Shown here: piece by piece, positions 56,548 to 64,000 of the stretch
Layout: every line of letters begins with the position of its first letter
Numbering within the stretch: the first letter of the stretch is position 1
Assembly (NCBI GenBank): GCA_965200965.1
Contig: OZ241744.1
Span: 3,417,222 to 3,481,221, forward strand
Direction of reading: 5' to 3'
Origin: an uncultured Candidatus Binatia bacterium
GTDB lineage: Bacteria; Desulfobacterota; Binatia; Bin18
Length of the DNA stretch: 64,000 nt
Made by a program: the position numbers and the translations under genes
The notes under the pieces: generated by a model
Seen by the model: only the letters and a program-made list of their open reading frames with translations
Told to the model about the DNA's origin: nothing
The model's database searches: none

Positions 56548-57114
56548 CTAGTCCTGGTGGCCGGTCTCCCTGCCCGGCCTTGGGGACTGGGGGAGCGGTG
56601 AGCCTGCCACACCGGCAGTGGAGGGCTTGACCCGCTCGCTCATCTCCATTGAGACCCACATCACCCCGGCACTCAGGGCGATGCTCAGGACGGTGAAGAG
56701 TTGGATGCGTTTGAGCAGCCCGGGTAGCTTTTGCGGATCAAAGACCTCACCCCGCAGTTCAATGCGCACCAGGCGATGGCCCATGCCAAGCGTGGCCGAG
56801 GTACTGACAAGAATCAGCACGAAGACCAACAGCAACTTCAGGCCCAACACGCCGCCCAACAGGGCAAAAAACTGCGGGCCGAGTTGTTGCTTATACGAGG
56901 TCAGGTTGAACGCGCCGGTCATAATAAGAACGCCCAGCGCGCCAATGCTGAGCGGATTGTAGGATTTGAGCCCCTGGGCCAGAAACTGCTGCTTTTCCGC
57001 CGGCGAGGAAATCCGGGCGGCCATCGGCAGCAGGACGACAAGCACGGTAACGGCGCTGCCCACAAAAACAGTAATCGCCAGCAGGTGGAGCCACAGGGTG
57101 AGTTGGTCGGTCAT
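56548..57114 (-). CDS. Hypothetical integral membrane protein (about 4 TM helices)
   Basis: Hydrophobic segments run from MTDQLTLWLHLLAITVFVGSAV. No family was recognised. The internal ATG at 57114 was chosen because the N-terminal extension is non-hydrophobic and Arg-rich. Confidence 0.55.
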   Translation of the reverse strand: MTDQLTLWLHLLAITVFVGSAVTVLVVLLPMAARISSPAEKQQFLAQGLKSYNPLSIGALGVLIMTGAFNLTSYKQQLGPQFFALLGGVLGLKLLLVFVLILVSTSATLGMGHRLVRIELRGEVFDPQKLPGLLKRIQLFTVLSIALSAGVMWVSMEMSERVKPSTAGVAGSPLPQSPRPGRETGHQD

Positions 57115-57170
57115 CTGGCCGGCTGTTAAACCAGAGGCCGCGGAACATGTAAATGCCCGAGCTTCCTCCG

Positions 57171-57199
57171 TTGACACCGAAAACCGGGGCCGATATCCT
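57171..57199 (+). promoter_or_regulatory. Putative sigma70-type promoter (TTGACA-17 nt-TATCCT) upstream of nuoF
   Basis: Read directly. It lies 91 nt upstream of the nuoF ATG, in a divergent intergenic region. This is a consensus match only. Confidence 0.35.
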
Positions 57200-57289
57200 C
57201 CCCGTGACGCCTGAGATGCGAATCCGGGGCCGTTTTGAGCGGCTGCCGTTCGCCGATTGGGCACAAGCCGATACAACGAGGCAAAAAAC

Positions 57290-58579
57290 ATGGCTGACCG
57301 AATACTCCTGCGCCACCTTGATGTTCCAGACATTCGCAAACTTGAGGTCTATGTTGAACACGGCGGGTATGAAGCGGCCCAAAAAGCCCTCGCCAACCTC
57401 AGCCCGCAGGATGTCACCGCCCAGGTCAAAGACGCCAATCTGCGCGGCCGGGGTGGGGCCGGATTTGTGGCCGGGATGAAATGGGGCTTTTTGCCAAAAG
57501 ACTCGGATAAACCGGTGTACCTGTGCGCCAATGCGGATGAGAGCGAACCGGGGACCTTCAAAGACCGGGCGCTGATTGAATGGAATACGCACACCTTGCT
57601 TGAAGGCATTGTGATTTCCGCCTACGCCATCAATGCCCATACGGCCTATATCTATATTCGGGGAGAGTTTGCCCTTGGTGCCAAACGACTCCATGAGGCA
57701 ATTGAGGCGGCCTATGCCGGTGGCTTTTTGGGAAAGAACATCTTTGGCAGCGGCTTTGACCTTGATGTGTATGTCCACCGTGGGGCGGGAGCCTATATCT
57801 GCGGCGAAGAAACCGGATTGATTCAATCCCTTGAGGGCAAGCGTGCTTATCCGCGCATCAAACCGCCCTTTCCTGCGGTGTACGGTCTGTTCGGCTGTCC
57901 GACGATTGTCCAGAACGTCGAAACCCTGGCCTGTGTGCCGTCCATCATCCACAAGGGCCCGGTTTGGTTCAAGGCCATTGGTCCAGAGACCGGCCCGGGT
58001 CCCAAGATATACTGTGTGAGCGGCCACGTTGAAAAGCCGGGCCTGTACGAGTTGCCGATGGGCATGTCGCTGCGCGAGCTGATCTACGACTATGCCGGCG
58101 GCATTCAGGGCGGAAAACACCTGAAAGCCGTCATGCCCGGCGGCTCGTCGTTTCCCATCCTCACCCCGGATGAAATCGACGTGAACATGGACTTTGATTC
58201 CATGCGGGCGATCGGTGCCTTTCTGGGCACGGCCGGGATCATTGTCATGGACGAAGACACCTGCATGGTCCAGGCGCTCGAAATCATTGACCGCTTCTAC
58301 CATCACGAATCGTGCGGGCAGTGTTCGCCGTGTCGAGAGGGTACCGGCTGGCTGCACAAGCTGCTCGTCCGCCTTGAAGAGGGCAACGGCCAACCCGAGG
58401 ATATTGACCTGCTCGATCAGATTTGCACCAACATGACCGGTAATACCGTGTGTGTGCTGGCCGATGCCGCGGCCATGCCGACCCGGAGCTACCTGAGCAA
58501 GTTCCGTGACGAATTTGTCGCCCATATCACCCAGGGCGGGTGTCCGCTGCGGAACGACAGGCAGCCTCGGGCTGCGTGA
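57290..58579 (+). CDS. nuoF: NADH-quinone oxidoreductase subunit F (NADH/FMN-binding, 51-kDa type)
   Basis: Motifs read: LRGRGGAGF..G.KW, GAGAYICGEETGLI.SLEGK, and the N3 cluster motif ESCGQCSPCREG. Confidence 0.93.
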   Translation: MADRILLRHLDVPDIRKLEVYVEHGGYEAAQKALANLSPQDVTAQVKDANLRGRGGAGFVAGMKWGFLPKDSDKPVYLCANADESEPGTFKDRALIEWNTHTLLEGIVISAYAINAHTAYIYIRGEFALGAKRLHEAIEAAYAGGFLGKNIFGSGFDLDVYVHRGAGAYICGEETGLIQSLEGKRAYPRIKPPFPAVYGLFGCPTIVQNVETLACVPSIIHKGPVWFKAIGPETGPGPKIYCVSGHVEKPGLYELPMGMSLRELIYDYAGGIQGGKHLKAVMPGGSSFPILTPDEIDVNMDFDSMRAIGAFLGTAGIIVMDEDTCMVQALEIIDRFYHHESCGQCSPCREGTGWLHKLLVRLEEGNGQPEDIDLLDQICTNMTGNTVCVLADAAAMPTRSYLSKFRDEFVAHITQGGCPLRNDRQPRAA

Positions 58580-58586
58580 GGTGTGT

Positions 58587-60203
58587 ATGCCAAACATTGA
58601 GATTGACGGGCAGGAGATTACAGTCGAGGCTGGGCTTAACCTCATACAGGCGGCCGAGCGGCTGGGTATTGAGGTGCCCCACTATTGCTACCATCCGGGT
58701 CTCAGCATCTCGGGCAACTGCCGGATGTGCCTGGTTGAAATTGAAAAAATGCCCAAGCTGCAAATCGCCTGCAACACGCGGGTGAATGAGGGCATGGTCA
58801 TCCGTACCACCAGCCCCAAGGTCAAGGCCGCCCAGGCCGCGGTGCTGGAGTTCCTTTTGATCAACCACCCGGTGGACTGCCCTATCTGTGACCAAGCCGG
58901 CGAGTGCAAGCTGCAAGACTACTACATGGACTATGGGGCGTATAAGAGCCGGATGCCGCTTGAGGCCAAGGCCGCAAAAGACAAGGCGGTCGAGATCGGC
59001 CCCCAGGTCATGCTTGACCAGGAACGCTGCATTCTGTGTGCCCGCTGCACCCGCTTTCTGGATGAAGTCACCAAGACCGGCGAGTTGGGGATTTTTGAGC
59101 GGGGCGACCACTGCAAGATCGACCTGTTCCCCGGCAAAACGCTGGACAACCCATACTCAATGAATGTCGTTGATGTGTGTCCGGTCGGTGCTCTGACGGC
59201 CAAAGATTTTCGGTTTCAGGCCCGCGTCTGGTACCTGGAGAAGACCGCATCTATCTGTACCCGCTGCGAGACCGGCTGCAATATCGACATCTACCACCGC
59301 CGCGGCCGGATGTACCGTTTTCGGCCCCGTCAGAATATGGAGGTCAACGAGTTCTGGATGTGTGACGAAGGCCGGCTGTCCTACCGGGCCTTGCAGCAGG
59401 AGAGCCGCATCCTCCAGCCGCTGGTCCGGGCCGAGACGGCGTTTCGTCAGACCTCCTGGGACGGTGCCTTGCAGCAGCTTGTTGAGATTCTCAGGCACGC
59501 CGCGGCCGAGGGCGGCCGCGGCGCGGTAGCTGCCCTCATCGGGGCCAAGGCCAGCAACGAAGAAGCCTATCTGTTAGCGCGTATTCTCAGACACCAACTG
59601 GGTACGCACCAAGTCGCCGGCCTGTCGTGGTCACCCGACATGGCCGCCCACGACGGTCTGCTGATCCGGGCGGATAAGAACCCCAACACGCGCGGACTCA
59701 AAACCCTGGGCTTGCTGAACGGGGGTGGTGAGGCCGAGCAGATTCTGTACGCCGCCGACCAGGGCACAATCAAAATCCTGTTTGTATTTGGCATCGACCT
59801 TGTTGCTGCGGTGGGCCAGGCCACAGCCGAGGCCGCCCTGGCCGGGGTCAAGCTCATCCTGCTGGATACCGACTACACCGATACGACCGAGTATGCCGAC
59901 TTGGTGCTGCCGATCGCTGCCGCTCCCGAAACCGACGGAAGCTGCATCAACTATGCCGGTCGGGTCCAGCGCTTACGCCAAGCCTTCCCTCCGCCGGGCC
60001 AAGTCAAGACCGGCTGGGAGGCGCTGGCACTGCTCAGCACCAGGCTCGGCGGCCCGGACAGCGTATCGATCAGCGAAGTGTTTGCCGAACTGACCGCCGC
60101 GGTGCCGGCCCTGGCCGGACTGACCTACGGCAAGATCGGCCCCCACGGCCTCCCCCTGCCGGCCCTCCAGCCCGAACCCAACGCAGCCGAAGCGCTGGCA
60201 TAG
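58587..60203 (+). CDS. nuoG: NADH-quinone oxidoreductase subunit G-like protein (short form, 538 aa)
   Basis: N-terminal 2Fe-2S/4Fe-4S region (CYHPGLSISGNCRMCLVE, HPVDCPICDQAGEC.LQD, RCILCARCTRF), then a molybdopterin-oxidoreductase-like domain that is much shorter than in E. coli NuoG. Confidence 0.85.
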   Translation: MPNIEIDGQEITVEAGLNLIQAAERLGIEVPHYCYHPGLSISGNCRMCLVEIEKMPKLQIACNTRVNEGMVIRTTSPKVKAAQAAVLEFLLINHPVDCPICDQAGECKLQDYYMDYGAYKSRMPLEAKAAKDKAVEIGPQVMLDQERCILCARCTRFLDEVTKTGELGIFERGDHCKIDLFPGKTLDNPYSMNVVDVCPVGALTAKDFRFQARVWYLEKTASICTRCETGCNIDIYHRRGRMYRFRPRQNMEVNEFWMCDEGRLSYRALQQESRILQPLVRAETAFRQTSWDGALQQLVEILRHAAAEGGRGAVAALIGAKASNEEAYLLARILRHQLGTHQVAGLSWSPDMAAHDGLLIRADKNPNTRGLKTLGLLNGGGEAEQILYAADQGTIKILFVFGIDLVAAVGQATAEAALAGVKLILLDTDYTDTTEYADLVLPIAAAPETDGSCINYAGRVQRLRQAFPPPGQVKTGWEALALLSTRLGGPDSVSISEVFAELTAAVPALAGLTYGKIGPHGLPLPALQPEPNAAEALA

Positions 60204-60268
60204 GGCTTGCCACGATGCTGCCTCCCCTCCGTGCGGTTCCTGCTTACGCCCAGATACGGTACTGAGCC

Positions 60269-61045
60269 GTGCGTATTGCTACCTGGAACGTCAATTCCAT
60301 CCGCGCCCGCAAAGATCGGACCCTGGCTTGGCTGGAGGAGCACCGGCCCGAGGTGGTGTGCCTGCAAGAAACCAAAGTAAGCGATGACATCTTCCCCCGG
60401 GCCGAGTTTGAAGCCTTGGGCTATCAGGTCACGGCCTGCGGACAAAAGAGCTATAACGGAGTGGCCCTACTCTCCCGTGTCACGCCGACCGAGGTAGTGC
60501 GGCGATTTGACGACGATGACGAGCAGCCCGAGGCCCGTTTTCTCTCCGCCCGGATTGCCGGGGTGCATGTCATCTGCGTCTATGTGCCAAACGGCCAGAC
60601 GGTCGGCAGCGACAAATACCGCTACAAGCTGGCTTGGCTCGGCCAGCTCCAGCGCCATCTCGATCGGCACTGCGACCCCGACCAGCCCCTCGCCCTGTGC
60701 GGCGACCTGAATATCGCGCCCGGCGATCGTGATGTGTGCGATCCGCCAGCCTGGGCCGAGACCGTGTTGTGCGCGCCGGCTGTCCGGGACGCCTTCCGGC
60801 GGCTGTGCGGCTGGGGGCTGCACGATGCCTTCCGCCTCCACCATGAGGCGGGCAAACTCTACACTTGGTGGGACTACCGGCAGCTCGCCTTTCAGAAGAA
60901 CCAGGGCTTGCGCATTGACCATATTCTCGTCACCCCGGCCCTGGCCCGACGCTGCGCCGGGGCGCAGATCGACCGCCAGGCACGCAAGGGCGAGGGGGCT
61001 TCAGACCACGCCCCTGTCCTTGCTGACTTCTCGGATAACAGCTAG
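60269..61045 (+). CDS. xth: Exodeoxyribonuclease III
   Basis: GTG start. Motifs read: RIATWNVNSIRAR, VVCLQETK, GDLNIAP, RIDHILV and SDHAPV. Confidence 0.93.
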   Translation: MRIATWNVNSIRARKDRTLAWLEEHRPEVVCLQETKVSDDIFPRAEFEALGYQVTACGQKSYNGVALLSRVTPTEVVRRFDDDDEQPEARFLSARIAGVHVICVYVPNGQTVGSDKYRYKLAWLGQLQRHLDRHCDPDQPLALCGDLNIAPGDRDVCDPPAWAETVLCAPAVRDAFRRLCGWGLHDAFRLHHEAGKLYTWWDYRQLAFQKNQGLRIDHILVTPALARRCAGAQIDRQARKGEGASDHAPVLADFSDNS

Positions 61046-61122
61046 AAAGGACAACATGGCTGTGTCAACCCGCCACAGAACTGAAAGATACTATCAACAC
61101 AGACACAAGGAGTCTGGTTATA

Positions 61123-61578
61123 TTGTCTCTTATCACTGGAGGAATCTATCCAACCCTATGGATTCAGAAACATTGTTCAAGCATTGAAAGAATCACGAAG
61201 GCGAAGATTGCAGATGAAACATTCATTATATGGCTTGCTGTTTGTCTTGGACTCAACTACACCCTCGCCTACTGGGGTACCGAACTGGGCCTTGAACCGG
61301 GCCTCGCCCTCAGGCGCATAGAGGACCTTGCAGGGCTTGCATGGTTAGGTCTCCTTATTTATTGGTCTTTCAAGGCAAGAAACGCTCTCCAAGAGTATGC
61401 GTTGACCGAACTCAGGATTGATTTGAAAATGAATGTATTGCACACAGTTCTGTTTGATATCTTCTACATAAATTATTGTATCAACGACTTACCTGAAGAG
61501 TATCGGCGGCAACAGGTCCTAAACTCCCGAATGGATAAGGACGAGGGACCAGATGGTGAAGATGATGACACGCGGTGA
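61123..61578 (+). CDS. Hypothetical membrane protein in a low-GC patch (N-terminus resembles the DUF4234-type TGGIY..W motif)
   Basis: TTG start 10 nt after AAGGAG. It has two or three hydrophobic segments and an acidic tail. A sampled 60-nt line is 38% GC. The family call is from memory only. Confidence 0.45.
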   Translation: MSLITGGIYPTLWIQKHCSSIERITKAKIADETFIIWLAVCLGLNYTLAYWGTELGLEPGLALRRIEDLAGLAWLGLLIYWSFKARNALQEYALTELRIDLKMNVLHTVLFDIFYINYCINDLPEEYRRQQVLNSRMDKDEGPDGEDDDTR

Positions 61579-61596
61579 AGCGGTCCCCTGGTGTCT

Positions 61597-62454
61597 TCAG
61601 TTCTTGCCAATCTTGCCAATCAACTCATCGCCGGTTCTGTTGACATAGGCGAGCCAGTCGGCCTCGGTTTTTGCCGCCTTAAACGGAATCAGCCGGTCCA
61701 CGCCGAGTTCGGCAAAGCGTTTGACCGTGTTGGCATCGAGCCGCCCCTTGGGCGTCACGCTGATCTCCAGTGCGCCTAACTCGGCGGGACGCGCGACCTG
61801 TTGGGCAGCGTGTTTGATGCCCAACAGGCATTGGGCGGTGGCCTCGACATCAAGGGCAAAGCCAAACCAGCCCGTGCCGTGGCGCACGCTGCGTTTGTAG
61901 GCTTGTGGGGTATGGCCGCCAAAGACCACCGGCGGGTGGGGCTTCTGAAGCGGTTGGGGACGAGACTGAATATCGCTGAACGAGACAAACTCACCCCGGT
62001 GGGCCGGCTCGTCCTGGGTCCAGACGGCTTTCATGGCTCGCAGATAGTCAATGGAACGCGGGCCTTTGTGGCTGAACGGAATGCCGAGCGCGTCAAACTC
62101 CGGCTTGAGATAGCCGATGCCCAGACCAAAGATGAGCCTCCCGCCAGACACCACGTCAAGGCTGGCCAGCTCTTTGGCCAGCACCAGGGGATTCCGCTGG
62201 GGCAGGATGATGATGCCAGTGCCCAGCTTGATCGTTCGGGTCTGCCCGGCCAGAAAGGCCAGGGTAACGGTCGGGTCAAGCATCGGGTAGTGAGGTGGGA
62301 GCGGGGAGGGCGGGGCCTGAGGATCGGGCAAGACCACATGCTCACCGGTCCAGATTGATTCAAAACCGGCCGCTTCAGCCGCCTGGGCGACCCGCACCGA
62401 GGCTGCCGGGTCACTGGCGATGCCCATATTGATGCCAAACAGTCCAAATTTCAT
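61597..62454 (-). CDS. Luciferase-like monooxygenase (LLM) family oxidoreductase, probably F420-dependent class
   Basis: Translation reads MKFGLFGINMG...AEAAGFESIWTGEHVV...LGTGIIILPQRNPLVLAKE.ASLDVVSGGRL.FGLG.G. The ATG at 62454 was chosen. Confidence 0.8.
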   Translation of the reverse strand: MKFGLFGINMGIASDPAASVRVAQAAEAAGFESIWTGEHVVLPDPQAPPSPLPPHYPMLDPTVTLAFLAGQTRTIKLGTGIIILPQRNPLVLAKELASLDVVSGGRLIFGLGIGYLKPEFDALGIPFSHKGPRSIDYLRAMKAVWTQDEPAHRGEFVSFSDIQSRPQPLQKPHPPVVFGGHTPQAYKRSVRHGTGWFGFALDVEATAQCLLGIKHAAQQVARPAELGALEISVTPKGRLDANTVKRFAELGVDRLIPFKAAKTEADWLAYVNRTGDELIGKIGKN

Positions 62455-62615
62455 ACGCGCTCCCTCCTGCTCGGGTCTTCTCCTGGACGCCGGGAGCCTA
62501 GCCGGTTCTCGCGTGCCGCGCAAGATTGCCGGCCACACCGCGAGGTGTTCTTGGACCGTGCCTGGCGTTGCATTCCAGTGAAAAAATTGTCAGGTTAGAG
62601 GCTTTGGAGGAAGCC

Positions 62616-63497
62616 ATGTCACACACGGTCAATTACATCACCCGCATCACCAACACCTATGCCAAGCTCGGCTACAAGCCCTACACATGGGTCCACAACC
62701 CCCACCCGCCGCCGTGGGTACCGCTGGGCAAGCCGCTGTCCGAATGCCGGCTGGGTTTGATCGCCTCCGGCGGGCTGTACATGACGGGTCAGATCGCCTT
62801 CCACTTCAAAGACGACCTGTCGTTCCGGGCGATTCCCACCGATGTGGATACGCGCGAGCTGCGCACCGCCCACTTTGCCTATGACCAGACCGACGCCCGC
62901 AAAGATCCCAATGTGGTTTTTCCCATTGACCCCCTGCGCCGGCTGGTCAAAGAGGGTGCGCTTGGCGGGCTGGCCACCCATGCCTACACCTTTATGGGCG
63001 GTATTTATTCGTCCCGGCGGGTGCGTGACGAGCTGGCCCCGCAGCTGACCGAGCGTCTGCTGGCCGAGCGGGTTGACGCCGCGCTGCTGGTCCCGGTTTG
63101 ACCGGTATGTCATCAGTCCGTGGGACTGATCGCCCGCCACGCCGAGGCCGCCGGCATCCCGACCCTGAGCATGGGCAGCGCCCTGGACATCATGCGGGCA
63201 GTAAACCCGCCGCGGGCCGCCTTTCTCGATTTTCCCCTGGGCCATACCATCGGCGAGCCGCACCAACCAGCCCTCCAGCGCGCCATTCTGCTCCAGGCGC
63301 TGGACGGCTTCATGTCTCTGACCACGCCGGGCAGCATCAAGCGCCTACCCTTCCGCTGGTCACAGGGGGACGGCTGGAAAGAGACAGCCTCAAACGACGG
63401 CGACACCCGCACCGAGCGCTACGACACGCCGCAGTACCAGATGGAAGAAGACCGCCGGCTGGCCGAGCAGAAGAGTTGCGAGACCTGTTCGGTCTGA
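62616..63497 (+). CDS. Putative selenoprotein (in-frame UGA at 63099-63101, U-P-V-C motif), resembling the GrdB/PrdB selenoprotein-B reductase family
   Basis: Track ORFs 62526..63101 and 63120..63497 share one frame. Only the TGA separates them. GGAGG precedes the ATG at 62616, and a SECIS-like hairpin follows the TGA. The family call is from memory. Confidence 0.65.
63109..63133 (+). promoter_or_regulatory. SECIS-like hairpin downstream of the in-frame UGA
   Basis: atcagtcc (63112-63119) pairs perfectly with ggactgat (63123-63130) around the apical gtg. The stem extends through a C/C mismatch. The apical G lies 19 nt after the UGA. Confidence 0.55.
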
Positions 63498-63514
63498 AGG
63501 AGGGTGGGATAAGG

Positions 63515-64000
63515 ATGCGAGAGATGCGCACCACAGCCCTGATCACGGGTGTGGCCCTGGCCGGCCTGCTGCTACTGGCCGGTGTGGCGCGGGCCGACGG
63601 CGACCGCCGCGGCTTCTATATCGGGGGTGAACTGGGTCTGGCCAACGGCCTGTCTTCGGATTCCTTTCTGTCGGGCATCAGCCACCCGACCCGCTGCGAT
63701 ACCCTGCTGTACGCCGACCCGAGCCAAGCCCCCCAAGACGCCCGCTGCACGACCCGGGAGCCGAGAAAAATCTACACAACCGACTTTGAGCCGGGCATCG
63801 GCTTTGCCGGGGCGGTCAGTGCCGGCTACGCCCTGGAGGCCGGGCTGCGCTTTGAAATTGAGTATCTGTACCGCACCCAGGGCGGCGACGCTTCAACCCT
63901 GCCGGCGGCCCGGGGCAATGAGACGACCCAGACCAAGTCGAATGAGTGGCTCAGGCCGCCGGCGGCCCGCTTTGCCAACTTTCACAGCCACCAAGTCTTT
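63515..64000 (+). CDS. Secreted / outer-membrane beta-barrel-like protein, N-terminal part (3' end outside the window)
   Basis: My own translation: MREMRTTALITGVALAGLLLLAGVARA|DGDRRGFYIGGELGLA...GFAGAVSAGYALEAGLRFEIEYLYR. It shows a signal peptide and alternating beta-strand pattern. The frame stays open to the window end. Confidence 0.6.
   Translation, partial: MREMRTTALITGVALAGLLLLAGVARADGDRRGFYIGGELGLANGLSSDSFLSGISHPTRCDTLLYADPSQAPQDARCTTREPRKIYTTDFEPGIGFAGAVSAGYALEAGLRFEIEYLYRTQGGDASTLPAARGNETTQTKSNEWLRPPAARFANFHSHQVF

Noticed and set aside
63099-63119. Treating 62526-63101 and 63120-63497 as two genes or as a nonsense-mutated pseudogene.
   Set aside because: They share a frame and a single TGA separates them. 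The U-x-x-C context and the hairpin immediately downstream fit selenocysteine recoding better. A pseudogene remains the fallback if no sel genes exist.

Overview
This window is core housekeeping DNA from a diderm bacterium. GC is about 60% by hand counts of single 60-nt lines, and the phylum cannot be determined from the sequence alone.

Gene order:
- nuoD(3' part)-H-I-J-K-L-M-N
- tRNA Pro-Arg-His-Lys-Leu, then tig-clpP-clpX-lon, then tRNA Val-Asp and rplM-rpsI
- lptG-lptF on the minus strand, then a SpoU-type rRNA methyltransferase
- an almost uninterrupted co-directional block of about 31 kb: tRNA Thr-Tyr-Gly-Thr, tuf, tRNA-Trp, secE-nusG-rplKAJL-rpoBC-rpsLG-tuf-S10/spc/alpha operons-rplQ
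- a SPOR-domain gene, trpDCFBA, a crotonase, a membrane protein (minus strand), nuoF-nuoG, xth, a low-GC orphan ORF, an LLM-type oxidoreductase (minus strand), a UGA-containing ORF and the 5' part of a secreted beta-barrel-like protein

No CRISPR array, transposase or integrase was seen.

The core is not fully canonical. Main anomalies:
1. A lower-GC insertion of about 1.07 kb splits rpsD from rpoA. It carries a 70-aa membrane-anchored ORF and an Mrr-like PD-(D/E)xK nuclease ORF. The nuclease ORF reads in frame, with no stop codon, into rpoA.
2. rpoC carries a lower-GC in-frame insertion of about 0.6 kb. It consists of near-identical tandem repeats (60-aa charged helical units) and lies inside the trigger-loop insertion domain.
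3. Two 1,234-bp tuf copies look identical at the nucleotide level. fusA is missing between rpsG and tuf, and a consensus-like promoter sits in the spacer.
4. rplX is missing between rplN and rplE. infA, adk and rpmG are also absent from their usual positions.
5. A likely selenoprotein: in-frame UGA, U-x-x-C motif and a SECIS-like hairpin.
6. nuoF-nuoG lie about 49 kb from the nuoD-H..N cluster, with no nuoE.

All family assignments come from reading the translations; no database search was run.
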